A stretch of 64,000 nucleotides of DNA from IMGVR_UViG_3300041411_000080:124001-188000; one strand, 5' to 3'; counted from the first letter of the stretch, positions 1 to 10,331 are shown. Numbers and translations: made by a program. The notes: generated by a model from the sequence alone, not told the origin.

Positions 1-80
1 ACTATGCGTCTGATGACCGGTTCGAGTCGGACATTAAGGACCTGCTGGGCTTCTGTGAAGAAGCTCACAAAGCGAAGTGA
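1..80 (+). CDS. 3' end of a gene truncated by the window edge (...YASDDRFESDIKDLLGFCEEAHKAK*)
   Basis: Frame open from the edge to TGA at 78-80, followed at once by a terminator hairpin. Confidence 0.5.
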   Translation, partial: YASDDRFESDIKDLLGFCEEAHKAK

Positions 81-83
81 TGA

Positions 84-117
84 CATATTGCCCCTGCTTA
101 ATCGCAGGGGCTCTATG
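84..117. terminator. Bidirectional hairpin terminator
   Basis: CATA-TT-GCCCCTGC-ttaatc-GCAGGGGC-TC-TATG between convergent genes. Confidence 0.75.
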
Positions 118-122
118 ACGTA

Positions 123-1037
123 TTACAACTTCAGAATAGCTTTCTCGATTTCAAACAGTACGTTGTTAGTCTCGATGATCCGAGTCATCTGAGCTGCGTA
201 CCATTCTACCCAACGACCTACTTCAGTCAGTTGGTCTGCAACCATCTTAGCGAATTCGTTAGAGTTGGTTACTTTGTCTTCGGACATGCGTCGTACCAGT
301 GCACTAGCAGTCTGCACGAGAGCTTGTACAGCTTTCTTCACATCTTCGGTGCCACCACCATTCAGCATGGTGTTAACAGTCTGCATGTTACGCTCAGCTT
401 CTACAAAGTCACTGAACGAGTTGAACACTTTACCCAGTGTAGTTTGAGCTGCACGGTTACCGGTAAAGAACTTAGCTTCTTCAGCAATGAGACGATCGCG
501 GTCATCACTGATGTGTACGCCGAATTCAAAGTCACGACGTTCAGCACGATCAAACGGAACAGTCAGGTAGTGACCGAAACGAGATGTAGCTGGGCGAATA
601 ACTTCAGTCAGTACTTTCTGCATAACCTTGGCATGATCTACCAGCATGGCGGTCAGTGGAAGGATCTCACCTTTCAGACCGTTAGGTTGTGCCACTGGAA
701 GACTATCATGTTCCAAGAAATCAAGACTGTTGGTGAAGGTGTTCAGATTAGATGGATGTAGGGTTTCCATCGGATCGTAGTTGTACGTGGTCAGATACTT
801 GAAGCCTTCCTGAATAGATACACTCAGGTTATCAACCTTACGACCGAAGTACTTGGAGATGTTACCCATCACCATAGCTTCTGTAGAGATCGTACCGAGG
901 TCTTTGAAGAGTTGGTTAGACGGTGAGTCGTCTATTACTAAAGGTTCAGCTGTGGACTCCGCTGGGGCGCCCCACTCGTCCGCAATATTCTCTTTGGACG
1001 GGCGTTCTACGTATTGATCAAAAATTCCGAATTTCAT
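123..1037 (-). CDS. Putative virion/head protein (phiKZ gp153-like)
   Basis: 304-aa ORF; acidic N-terminus ending in ISTEA resembles a phiKZ S/A/G-X-E protease-processed propeptide; sits next to uvsX. Confidence 0.55.
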   Translation of the reverse strand: MKFGIFDQYVERPSKENIADEWGAPAESTAEPLVIDDSPSNQLFKDLGTISTEAMVMGNISKYFGRKVDNLSVSIQEGFKYLTTYNYDPMETLHPSNLNTFTNSLDFLEHDSLPVAQPNGLKGEILPLTAMLVDHAKVMQKVLTEVIRPATSRFGHYLTVPFDRAERRDFEFGVHISDDRDRLIAEEAKFFTGNRAAQTTLGKVFNSFSDFVEAERNMQTVNTMLNGGGTEDVKKAVQALVQTASALVRRMSEDKVTNSNEFAKMVADQLTEVGRWVEWYAAQMTRIIETNNVLFEIEKAILKL

Positions 1038-1142
1038 TTCAAGGTACCTTATAAATGTTTAAGAAACAGTCGCGACACTGTAAACATAAAATTACACATG
1101 AACCCAATGAAGTGTAGCTCCCATCCAACCAAGGAATCAAAA

Positions 1143-2597
1143 ATGTTTGCAAACCATTTTGAACGACCTGCCTTTCGTCCTGCCCTGAATATCGGGTGCA
1201 TGATGGATATTCCAACAGGCAAATATGAACAGGGTAAACACGGTGAGATGATCATGAACGGTGGCCTCGGGTCACTGACTGGTATCGCATCGCGCCCTAA
1301 CAACTTTAAGACTGCTCTTGGCGTGTACATGCTCGCTATGATCCGTCGTGCCTTTCCAGGCAGCTCTGCTCTGATCTACGATACTGAGGGTACGCTTAAC
1401 CCAGTAGCTCGTTTCAGTTCTCTGGCTAAGTCCATTGAAGAGATCCGTTCCGTAGATTGGGAAAACGATGATCAGTTCGTATTCACTGACTTGTCGCGTT
1501 ACACCGGTGATGAATTCTTCAGTATCTTCCGTAAGGCTCTTGGCGAGAAAGAGAAAGATCAGAAGTCTCACATGCGCACTACTCCATTCTTGGATATGAA
1601 CGGTGCACCACGTAAGTGCCTGTATCCAACAACTGGTTTCATCGACAGCTTCTCGAAGTTTATCGTTACTGCTGTATCGGACATGTACGAGAAGAACGCC
1701 ATTGGTGCATCGGGTAACAACACCGACGCTATGACCAACGGTAAAGCTAAGAACCAACTGTTTAACCAACTACCTCAGGTATGTGCCAAGACTGGTACTT
1801 ACATGATCCTGACTGCACACGTTGGTGATATCATCCAGATGGAGATGTATCCTACCGATAAGCGTAACCTTTCTGAGATGAAGAAAGATACCGTGCTTAA
1901 GGGTGTGTCGTCTGGTTTCTATTCTCTGCCAAACAACGTCTGGGACATTATGTCTAACAAGGTGTTGCTGAACAAAGATAAGATGCCGATCTACCCACTG
2001 GATAACTCCACTGCTATTCAAGGTGACTCTGATCTACGTATTCTCGAGATCAAGAACCTGCGTGGTAAAGGTGGTATTACTGGTCTGCCGTTTAACCTGA
2101 TCGTTTCTCAAACTGAAGGTCTGCTCCCATCGCTCTCCGAGTTCCACTTCTGTAAAGAAGCTTCGTGGGGCATTGGTGGTAACTTGCAGAACTACTACGT
2201 TGAAATGTGTCCTGACGTTAAGCTGACTCGTACTACCGTGCGTAAGAAGCTTGATGAGTCTGGTCCACTGCGTCGTGCTGTAGAGATCCAATCGGAAATG
2301 CTGCAACTGATCATGTTCCAACGTTGGACTGCCGAACAGGTATGTGATCCTAAGACGTTGTACGATGATCTGAAAGCTATGGGTTATGACTGGGATATGA
2401 TTCTGGCCGATACTCGTGGTTATTGGATGTGCGAAGAAGACGAACACTTGGACCGTAAGAAGTTCTTGTCTACCTACGATCTCCTGCGCATGCGTTCTGG
2501 CGATTACAAACCTTACTGGATGTCTGATGCTGATAAAGCCAAAATCATTCCTCTCGCTCTTGCTAAGGGCACTGCTGGTGAAAAGAAAGCAGCCTGA
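1143..2597 (+). CDS. uvsX: UvsX/RecA-like recombinase (phiKZ gp152-like)
   Basis: Variant Walker A ASRPNNFKT, YDTEG catalytic motif, Walker B GFIDS; AAGGA ribosome-binding site before ATG 1143. Confidence 0.85.
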   Translation: MFANHFERPAFRPALNIGCMMDIPTGKYEQGKHGEMIMNGGLGSLTGIASRPNNFKTALGVYMLAMIRRAFPGSSALIYDTEGTLNPVARFSSLAKSIEEIRSVDWENDDQFVFTDLSRYTGDEFFSIFRKALGEKEKDQKSHMRTTPFLDMNGAPRKCLYPTTGFIDSFSKFIVTAVSDMYEKNAIGASGNNTDAMTNGKAKNQLFNQLPQVCAKTGTYMILTAHVGDIIQMEMYPTDKRNLSEMKKDTVLKGVSSGFYSLPNNVWDIMSNKVLLNKDKMPIYPLDNSTAIQGDSDLRILEIKNLRGKGGITGLPFNLIVSQTEGLLPSLSEFHFCKEASWGIGGNLQNYYVEMCPDVKLTRTTVRKKLDESGPLRRAVEIQSEMLQLIMFQRWTAEQVCDPKTLYDDLKAMGYDWDMILADTRGYWMCEEDEHLDRKKFLSTYDLLRMRSGDYKPYWMSDADKAKIIPLALAKGTAGEKKAA

Positions 2598-2609
2598 TAA
2601 CACAGATAC

Positions 2610-2633
2610 AGATCCGCGTTTCGATGCGGATCT
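2610..2633 (+). terminator. Stem-loop after uvsX
   Basis: AGATCCGCGT-TTCG-ATGCGGATCT; no U-tract. Confidence 0.5.
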
Positions 2634-2660
2634 AACTGGTGCGAAGAAGGAAACATTTAA

Positions 2661-3287
2661 ATGATCTTAGAAGTCGGTGCTGGGGGTTGCATTATGATCA
2701 AGCCCCCAGCTAAAGGTAGTAAACTGGAGAAAGCTCTGGGCCAAGTCGTTGACATTGGGTCAGGTTGTTCAGTTTATAAATCGGAGAGAGTTATGAACGG
2801 TGAGAAGGTTGGCGGTTTAACCGTAAGTAGAATGCAACTAGAGGAATCCGGGTGTCTGCTGGTTGACTATAGTTCCGGTAGCCCGGTGTTTAAGGCGGGT
2901 GAGGAAGAGAAAGAACCTGACTATGTACGTTGGAATACCGATGTACATAAACGTGACGAGCATGGCCAGATCATGATTGATACGAATGGTAACTTTTTGT
3001 TCCTTCATCGTGCAGGCGATGTAATGCTCGATTCTAAGGGCGACCCTATTCTTGCGTCGCGTCCTACCAACTTAAAGAATTCGGCACCACGTATTGTCTT
3101 TGACGGCATTAAAGATGGTGGACTTTACCCACCATGTAAGTTGGATCATCTTGAAGACCCACGTTACATGTCCGGTAAGGATCTTAGTGCTCTTTATGAG
3201 AAGGTATCTGCTGAAGTACGTCGTCGAGTTATGGGCGGTCAGCCGCTCAGCTATGAAGATAACCCACACACGGTTGCAAGCATCTAA
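2661..3287 (+). CDS. Hypothetical protein
   Basis: 208-aa ORF with AAGGA RBS; stop overlaps the next start (TAATG). Confidence 0.7.
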   Translation: MILEVGAGGCIMIKPPAKGSKLEKALGQVVDIGSGCSVYKSERVMNGEKVGGLTVSRMQLEESGCLLVDYSSGSPVFKAGEEEKEPDYVRWNTDVHKRDEHGQIMIDTNGNFLFLHRAGDVMLDSKGDPILASRPTNLKNSAPRIVFDGIKDGGLYPPCKLDHLEDPRYMSGKDLSALYEKVSAEVRRRVMGGQPLSYEDNPHTVASI

Positions 3288-3634
3288 TGGAAGTGTACAC
3301 GTATCAGTTAGCTAACTGGCGTAAAGTGAAAGCAATGGGGGTGTTCTATATGGACACCACTATCAAGTCGGGAGATTGGATGTTAGCTCCCACTTGGGAG
3401 TTGTTAACTGCTTACCGCCATTTTGGTATGACTGATGACGAGTACGAGAAAGCCTACAATGAATTATTGGAAGCCCGTTTAATCAAATACCCAGAATACT
3501 TCAATGACCTATTTAATATAGAGGTATTGGCGGTTGGCTGTTATTGTCGACCCGGTAAGTTCTGCCATCGTCACTTACTTGTCAAATTTTTAGAGAGACA
3601 CACGGAGACTATAAACCGTGGTGAGATAAAATAA
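3287..3634 (+). CDS. DUF488-like protein
   Basis: LAPTWELL and GCYC...FCHRHLL motifs typical of phage DUF488-family proteins. Confidence 0.65.
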   Translation: MEVYTYQLANWRKVKAMGVFYMDTTIKSGDWMLAPTWELLTAYRHFGMTDDEYEKAYNELLEARLIKYPEYFNDLFNIEVLAVGCYCRPGKFCHRHLLVKFLERHTETINRGEIK

Positions 3635-3645
3635 ACAGGATTTTT

Positions 3646-3966
3646 ATGATTAACCAAACCGATTTGAAAATGCAGTTGATTTGTTCTTTGCGTGGCAAAG
3701 ATGTAGAACTATCGGAAGACCTCCATCGACGTATGGGTCCTTGCGATTCAGTGGCTCAGCTAAATTCTTTTTTTCATAGTACACTAGCTGCGTACACGGG
3801 TAACACCATTGACTTACGTTCCAGTCTTTTGGTGACTGAAGATTATCCGAGTTGGTATAGCCAATTCATTAGTAAGATCTTCCCTTTCATCTCCAAGAAG
3901 CGTCTACCACCTTGTACAGACACTTTAGCTGGAGAGATCTATAGTGGCCAGTCTAAGAGTCTGTAA
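3646..3966 (+). CDS. Hypothetical protein
   Basis: 106-aa ORF inside an operon, AGGA RBS. Confidence 0.65.
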   Translation: MINQTDLKMQLICSLRGKDVELSEDLHRRMGPCDSVAQLNSFFHSTLAAYTGNTIDLRSSLLVTEDYPSWYSQFISKIFPFISKKRLPPCTDTLAGEIYSGQSKSL

Positions 3967-3992
3967 TCGTATGACTTAAACTGGAGGCTATC

Positions 3993-4667
3993 ATGGCTAA
4001 CGACAGAAAACTGGCTGAGAAGGAAGCCATCTATTTCATTAGTAAATTCCTTCCCGGTTCTGCTAACGATCAAGTCTACATCGATATGTTCGCTGGTATG
4101 ACCGATAAAGAATTCGAAGAGTGGATTAAAGCTCTTGAAACGGACATTGAGATCATGGCTCTCTATGCTCCTAACCTTCAAGAGTACACACTCAACATGA
4201 ATCGTAACTACGAGATCGCTGATGAACTCGAGTACGATTTGTTTCAGCACGTTATCTTGACTGACCCACAAACAGGTCAAACCTATCGGACTGCTAACAA
4301 ACACCTTGTCGGTATTGTCCCTTTCCGTCGTCAAGTACAGATGCTGGTCAAGAAGGCTTCTATCCCTTCGTCTAACCACATTATCGACCAACGTACAGGC
4401 CAACCTACCGGTGACTCTAAAGGTGCTCGTCTGTCGGCTCCTGAGCTTCAGGTTAACGCCTCGAAAGGTTTGCATGACATGATCCGTGAAATGATCAAAT
4501 GTCGTGGTGGTGATGAACAAGCTTATCTTGCAATGAACCGCTCCATCATGGAAACTGGTGAAGCATCTATTAACTCCATTATGACTGAGTTCGACTCTAC
4601 CGTTAAGTCTAGCAAGACGCTATCGGTTTACTTGAAGGCTCAGCACTTGGATAACAACTTGGTGTAA
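3993..4667 (+). CDS. Virion RNA polymerase beta subunit, C-terminal fragment (phiKZ gp149-like)
   Basis: TGQPTGDSKGARLSAPE matches the beta TQQPxGG...GQRFGEME region; GGAGG RBS; synteny. Confidence 0.8.
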   Translation: MANDRKLAEKEAIYFISKFLPGSANDQVYIDMFAGMTDKEFEEWIKALETDIEIMALYAPNLQEYTLNMNRNYEIADELEYDLFQHVILTDPQTGQTYRTANKHLVGIVPFRRQVQMLVKKASIPSSNHIIDQRTGQPTGDSKGARLSAPELQVNASKGLHDMIREMIKCRGGDEQAYLAMNRSIMETGEASINSIMTEFDSTVKSSKTLSVYLKAQHLDNNLV

Positions 4668-4669
4668 TA

Positions 4670-5152
4670 ATGTCAGAACTCAACAACCAAATGAAACAAG
4701 CATTGGTTGAGACGTTAGACGAATTGTTTAACGCTGAGGATGAAGCACATGCACACGGCCTGATCAACATCATAAACGAGATTCGTGGCGATACGAATCT
4801 CATTATGTTTGCTGACAAATATGTGGTTACCAACGTCTGGAAGAAGTTGCGTGAACAGACTTCCTTTATCCAGACGCTTATGGCAACCAGCGCTACGTTC
4901 GTACAGTGTATCGATGACATCGATCTTGCTATTAAACGTTTTGTGCCCGGCTTCGTCCCTTTTACCAATAGCACCGGTATCGTAGATAACGAGACCATTG
5001 AGAAAGCAGCAGAGCATAGCGAGCTAGAAGATATCCTTAAGGCTAACTACTGGTTATTCTTTCTTATGTACGCTGCAACTAACATGCGTATCGTCAATCA
5101 TTTCCTTGCACAGTTAGTTCCAACTAAGCCAGGTAAGAAGGAAGGCAAGTAA
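4670..5152 (+). CDS. Hypothetical/virion protein (gp148-like)
   Basis: 160-aa ORF tightly coupled to its neighbours; synteny. Confidence 0.65.
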   Translation: MSELNNQMKQALVETLDELFNAEDEAHAHGLINIINEIRGDTNLIMFADKYVVTNVWKKLREQTSFIQTLMATSATFVQCIDDIDLAIKRFVPGFVPFTNSTGIVDNETIEKAAEHSELEDILKANYWLFFLMYAATNMRIVNHFLAQLVPTKPGKKEGK

Positions 5153-5937
5153 TGGGCATTAAACGCATTCTAACACCCCTAGACGCTCACTTAGACACTC
5201 GCCTTGGCACAGTTGCCCGTTTGAACCAAGACGCCGCTAAGAGGCTCCTAGCTGGCACTGACTACTGGACGCGGGAGAATGACTTCTGGTTCCAATTGAC
5301 TGGAGGTCTGATTGCCGACGATGAGTTCAAAGAAGCTTATGCTCAACGTGGTGGTCCAAACACCATGGCTACAATTGGTGCTTCAGTACGTTCGGGTATC
5401 ACCCCATTCATTATTCGTTTGTTGGCCGATGACCACATCAACCGATTGAACCAAATGGGTGAGCCAGACGACCAGATCGGATTGACCATTAACTACTGGC
5501 CATACGAATTTGATTCGGACATGGTGGAGTGGTTACGTGATATCATGCATGAACTCTATGGTCAGACTACGGTTATCGAGTTGATCAGTGTTCCTATGTC
5601 TGAGGTAACTCCTCAGTTCCTACATGAGAACTTCGCAGCTGCCATTATGTACGAGTTCCCTGAATGGATTAAGATGCATGCTGTGGAACTAGGTAAGATT
5701 CGCATTAACTGTTTCAACTTCATTGCACCTAAAATCTTTGAAGCTGATGTTAGTGAAATGTCTATCGATGCTAAGAAACAGATCCTTATGGCTTTCCGTA
5801 GGGAGAAGCTAATCCATATGGATTTCGAATTCATTGATGCTAAGTATTTCAGTGTACTTAATGTGCATGGTGGTACTCGTGAAGATAAATGGTTGACTGA
5901 TGAAGAACGTATTAAACAAGAATTAGAAGAGCCATAA
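5152..5937 (+). CDS. Conserved hypothetical protein (gp147-like)
   Basis: 261-aa ORF with LDAHLDTRLGT N-terminal motif; TAATG coupling. Confidence 0.7.
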   Translation: MGIKRILTPLDAHLDTRLGTVARLNQDAAKRLLAGTDYWTRENDFWFQLTGGLIADDEFKEAYAQRGGPNTMATIGASVRSGITPFIIRLLADDHINRLNQMGEPDDQIGLTINYWPYEFDSDMVEWLRDIMHELYGQTTVIELISVPMSEVTPQFLHENFAAAIMYEFPEWIKMHAVELGKIRINCFNFIAPKIFEADVSEMSIDAKKQILMAFRREKLIHMDFEFIDAKYFSVLNVHGGTREDKWLTDEERIKQELEEP

Positions 5938-5940
5938 CGA

Positions 5941-5975
5941 CATAAGACCCCTCCCGTTAAAGGAGGGGCTTTATG
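5941..5975. terminator. Bidirectional hairpin terminator
   Basis: CATAAGA-CCCCTCC-cgttaaa-GGAGGGG-CTTTATG between convergent genes. Confidence 0.8.
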
Positions 5976-5984
5976 ACGCTTCAG

Positions 5985-8900
5985 TTAGTAGCTAGGACCC
6001 TTAGAGATGATCCAAGTACTGATGCCGTTGTAGAAGGCAGTGATTACGGTCTGAGAACTACCGTATTCAATATCAGCCGCGGCAGTGTTGTTGTTGTACG
6101 CAACGGTAGGAGCACCGGTACCAGCAGCGAAGGACAACTTGTTAGTTGAACCAACGATGGTGAATACGCACATCATCGAGCGACCAGCAGCCAACTTAGG
6201 CAGAGTCACGGTGATACCAGCAGTAGTACCCGAAACCGAGTAGCAGTTCTGAGTTACTGGGTTAACCGTAAAGCTTGTGGTACGTGGAGTTTGGTCAGCC
6301 AGCAAAGTGTACGCATCGAAGGTCATTTCTGCCCACGAACCTACACCACTACCATCGACACTGTAACCGTACACCTTGTTAGCTGTGCCAGGAGCAGTAG
6401 CAACTTGGATTGGGGACAGAGCGAATGCACCATTCAACCACACGTATTGCTTACCAGCTGTTTGACCAGTAGGTACAGCGATTACGTTTACCCAGCCAGC
6501 CGAAGTACGACCTTGAGGAACAGTTGTGCCACCCGGAACTTCTGGAACACCGGTAGCAGGAACTACGAGTTCAGCCCAGACAGTCTTACCACCAGCAATG
6601 CCCTTACGGACGTACTGTGTATCAACCACTGGAGAAGGCACTTCATCAACCGGCAATGTTACCCAGTTGTCGCCCTCACGGACAACTTTACCAAGTGCGA
6701 TGTTAGGCGAGGAAATACCACCTGGGGTGATAGGACCGATACGTACCCAACCTGCACCCTCGTCTTTGTAGTAAGCCACAAAGTCGGTGGTAACTGCCCA
6801 GTCGCCCACGGTACCGTAGGTAGGAGTAGGAGCAGCAGTAGAGCTGAGGGTAAGCCACAGAGAACCACGATCACCTTTAACGCCCTTCTCACCTTTCAGA
6901 CCACGGATACCTTGCTCACCCTGATCACCCTTGTCGCCTTTGAACTGACCGGCGTTGTACCACTCGGTGGCACCGCCTACTGGGTTAACACCGTACAGGT
7001 ACAGATCGCCACCTACAGTGTAGGCTTCACCTGGAGAACCGGTAGGATGCGCGGCGATGAGATCACCCGCAGTTGCGTAGGAGCCTTGGATAGTGATACC
7101 TGGACCCATCACACCTTGGATACCTTGGATACCCTGAGGACCGTCTGCACCACGGATAGGAATACCTACACCGTATACACCAGCATCGTTCACTTGGTAC
7201 AGGGAACCGGTTTCTTCAACGTATACCGCATCGCCAGCATCCAAAGTGGAAGCCAGAGGACGGTCAGCCAGCAATGCGACTGTGTCTACGATGTTGATAC
7301 CTTGACCAGCAGGACCCTGAATACCTTGGATACCCTGATCACCTTTGAATTGACCAAGGTCAACCCACGTGGTGTTAATGTACATGTACAGATGACCATC
7401 AGCCAACGAGGTCCATGCATCTTGTTGAGCAGGAGTAGGCAAGGCTTGGATAGCAGCCAGATCAGCTTGAGAACCTTTAACCTGTACGTTCTTACCATCC
7501 GCGCCATCAGTACCGTTGGTACCATTAGTGCCTTTCAGAGACGCCAAGAATTCGGCTTCTGTCTTACCGGCATTACCCGGCTGAGTCAACCATAGTGCAT
7601 AGGTCGATTGACCAGCAGCACCGTCTTCACCGTCTGCCCCACGGAATGGACCAGCATCGATCCAAGTATCGGTGGCGTAGATCCACAGATTACCAGTATC
7701 ATCGGCAACCCAAGCATCTTGGTTGACAGGGGTAGGGAGAGCCTGAATGGCAGCAGCGTTAGCCTGAGTACCATTAACTTGCAGGTTCTTACCTTGCAGG
7801 GATTCGATCCACTCAGCTTCAGTGCCGACGAACCCTTCAACAACAGCCAGCTCGTAAGCAGACTGGCCGTCAGTACCATCGGTACCGTTCGTGCCGTTGG
7901 TACCCTTCAACGAAGCGAGGAACTCAGCCTCCGTCTTACCAACGTTACCGGCTTGCTCTTCCCACAGTTCGTAGGCAGATTGACCATTAGTACCGTTAGT
8001 ACCTTTCAGGCTATTGATGAAGTCTTGTGCAGTACCAGTGTTGCCCAGATCAAGCCAGACTTGGTATGCCGAAGCGCCGTCCAAAGAACCGAGGTTCTCA
8101 TAGTCGTTCTTCGAAGTGAACCAAACGAACAGATCTTTGTTAACGTAGTAAGCACGAGTAGGATCACCCGGACGTGGCAGTTGAGCTTCATCAGTCAGTT
8201 GATCGATGATCTCGAAGGCAGCAGCAGCTTCACCCTTCTCGCCTTTCAGCGAGGCAATGAATTCTACTTCAGTCTTACCGGCATTACCCGGTTGAGTCAA
8301 CCACAGCTGATAAGCTGATTGACCATGCAACGATTCGAGCCATACTTCAACAGTACCTACGAAACCGTCTTCTACAGCCAGTTGATAAGCGGACTTACCG
8401 TCTGGACCGATGTCACCGGTATCACCTTTGGTACCCTTGATGGAGTCAATAAACTCCTGCTCGGTTTTACCAGTATTACCCGGCAGTTGAAGCCAAGTCT
8501 GATAAGCCGAATCGCCTTTAGGACCCGGTACACCGATGTCTACCCACTGGCGTACAGGTTCTTCAACCAAAGTCCAGAGGGATTTATTAACATCACCAGC
8601 ACCCCAAACGTAGGTGTCACCAGCTACGTAGTTGTCACCCATAGGCAACGACAGGTTACCTGGCCACTCACCCAGATAGTTCAGACCTTTACCGTCTTTA
8701 CCACGGACGTTCGGGGATTGAACCCAGTCAGTACCGTTGTAAACGTAGATGAAGTCACCTACCCAGTAAGCATCAGCACTAACAGAGGTACCTTCCGATA
8801 CGATCTGATCGAACTCATCCTGAGTCAGGGTTGCCAGTACAGTGATTGGCTTACCATTCTGGCCGTCAGTACCATCGGTACCATTCTCGCCATCTGCACC

Positions 8901-10331
8901 TTTGAGGGACGCCAAGTAAACAGCCTGCGAACCAGTGTTACCTGCCGAAAGCCATACTTCATAAGCGGAGTCACCTTGTGCACCACGGTCACCTTTCAGC
9001 GACAGCAGGAATGCAGCAGTATCACCGGTGTTGCCCAGATCAAGCCACTCTTGGTAAGCAGACTTACCTTCAAGGCTTTCCAAGAACTCAGCTTCTGTCT
9101 TACCAACGTTAGCTGGCAGAGCTACCCAGAGGTCATACGCCGAAGCGCCGTCTTCCCCGTTCTCACCATTGGTGCCGTTAGTTCCGTCGGCGCCTTTAAT
9201 AGCAAGAATGAAATCAGCTTCTGTCTTACCGGCATTACCCGGCAAGGCTTCCCAGACTTCATATGCGGATTTACCATCTTCGCCATTGGTACCGTTAGTA
9301 CCATTGGTGCCACGCAGCGAAGTAATAAACTCTTGTTGAGTCTTACCTTCGTTACCTGGGATAGCAAGCCATACTTCATAAGCCGAGAGACCGTCCTCAC
9401 CATTCGTGCCGTTGGTACCATTAGTACCGTCTGCACCTTTCAGGCTAGCGATAAACTCAGCTTCTGTTTTGTTCTCGTTACCAGGCAAAGCTTTATAGGT
9501 GTCATAGGCAGATGCGCCATCATCACCATTAGTACCGTTGGTACCATCTTTACCCTTCAGGGATTCCAAGAACTCTGCTTCGGTCTTACCCGCGTTGGCA
9601 GGTACGGCTTCCCAGATCTCGTAAGCCGAAGCGCCGTCATCACCATCTGCGCCTTTCAGCGATGTGATGAAATCGGCTTCTGTACCCACGTTACCTTGAG
9701 CAACCCAGATCTGATAAGCAGACTTACCTTTCAGGGAATCCAGCCAAGCTGCTTCCGAACCTACGAAGCCACCTTCAACAGCAACCTGATAAGCAGAAGC
9801 ACCCACCAAGGTAGCAAGCCATTCAGCTTCAGTACCTACAGTAGGATCAATTTCTTTAGCGATCTCATAGGCAGATTTACCTTTGAGCGACGCAAGCCAC
9901 TGGGACTCGGTACCAACAAAGCCATTGGCCTTGGCGATATCGAATGCGGACTTACCTTGCAAAGACAGAAGCCATTCAGCCTCAGTCCCAACGAAACCAT
10001 TCTTAACGGCTTCATCGTAAGCAGATGGGCCAACCAGTGTGGCGAGCCATTGGGGTTCAGTACCGGTATAGCCAAGCTCTACCGCAAGTTCATATGCCGA
10101 CTTACCATTCAGTGTAAGCAACCATTCTTCTTCAGTGCCTTGATAACCGTTCTTCACAGCTACTTCATAAGCAGAGAGGCCTTGGTTGGTACGGATCTTG
10201 TTGATCAGAATGGAAAACGTTTTCCAAGTCCCGTCGCTTTGGCGAGAGGAGACTTCCATCAGCTCATCACCGGTGATGACCGCCAGTGGCGACATGCCCG
10301 AGATCATACCAGCTTTCTTTGGATCAGCCAT
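5985..10331 (-). CDS. Long collagen-like virion fibre protein
   Basis: 1448 aa; more than 20 GxSAY(E/Q)...GTEAE(W/F)LxSLxG repeats interleaved with Gly-X-Y triplets; distinct beta-rich C-terminal domain. Confidence 0.85.
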   Translation of the reverse strand: MADPKKAGMISGMSPLAVITGDELMEVSSRQSDGTWKTFSILINKIRTNQGLSAYEVAVKNGYQGTEEEWLLTLNGKSAYELAVELGYTGTEPQWLATLVGPSAYDEAVKNGFVGTEAEWLLSLQGKSAFDIAKANGFVGTESQWLASLKGKSAYEIAKEIDPTVGTEAEWLATLVGASAYQVAVEGGFVGSEAAWLDSLKGKSAYQIWVAQGNVGTEADFITSLKGADGDDGASAYEIWEAVPANAGKTEAEFLESLKGKDGTNGTNGDDGASAYDTYKALPGNENKTEAEFIASLKGADGTNGTNGTNGEDGLSAYEVWLAIPGNEGKTQQEFITSLRGTNGTNGTNGEDGKSAYEVWEALPGNAGKTEADFILAIKGADGTNGTNGENGEDGASAYDLWVALPANVGKTEAEFLESLEGKSAYQEWLDLGNTGDTAAFLLSLKGDRGAQGDSAYEVWLSAGNTGSQAVYLASLKGADGENGTDGTDGQNGKPITVLATLTQDEFDQIVSEGTSVSADAYWVGDFIYVYNGTDWVQSPNVRGKDGKGLNYLGEWPGNLSLPMGDNYVAGDTYVWGAGDVNKSLWTLVEEPVRQWVDIGVPGPKGDSAYQTWLQLPGNTGKTEQEFIDSIKGTKGDTGDIGPDGKSAYQLAVEDGFVGTVEVWLESLHGQSAYQLWLTQPGNAGKTEVEFIASLKGEKGEAAAAFEIIDQLTDEAQLPRPGDPTRAYYVNKDLFVWFTSKNDYENLGSLDGASAYQVWLDLGNTGTAQDFINSLKGTNGTNGQSAYELWEEQAGNVGKTEAEFLASLKGTNGTNGTDGTDGQSAYELAVVEGFVGTEAEWIESLQGKNLQVNGTQANAAAIQALPTPVNQDAWVADDTGNLWIYATDTWIDAGPFRGADGEDGAAGQSTYALWLTQPGNAGKTEAEFLASLKGTNGTNGTDGADGKNVQVKGSQADLAAIQALPTPAQQDAWTSLADGHLYMYINTTWVDLGQFKGDQGIQGIQGPAGQGINIVDTVALLADRPLASTLDAGDAVYVEETGSLYQVNDAGVYGVGIPIRGADGPQGIQGIQGVMGPGITIQGSYATAGDLIAAHPTGSPGEAYTVGGDLYLYGVNPVGGATEWYNAGQFKGDKGDQGEQGIRGLKGEKGVKGDRGSLWLTLSSTAAPTPTYGTVGDWAVTTDFVAYYKDEGAGWVRIGPITPGGISSPNIALGKVVREGDNWVTLPVDEVPSPVVDTQYVRKGIAGGKTVWAELVVPATGVPEVPGGTTVPQGRTSAGWVNVIAVPTGQTAGKQYVWLNGAFALSPIQVATAPGTANKVYGYSVDGSGVGSWAEMTFDAYTLLADQTPRTTSFTVNPVTQNCYSVSGTTAGITVTLPKLAAGRSMMCVFTIVGSTNKLSFAAGTGAPTVAYNNNTAAADIEYGSSQTVITAFYNGISTWIISKGPSY

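Noticed and set aside
1014-1142. N-terminal extensions in the ORF track (also 41333-41377, 11200-11232, 46670-46813)
   Set aside because: Better RBS-supported starts lie downstream.
7480-10190. Regularly spaced DNA repeats resembling a CRISPR array
   Set aside because: They are degenerate, in-frame coding repeats of the fibre protein; no cas genes or unique spacers.
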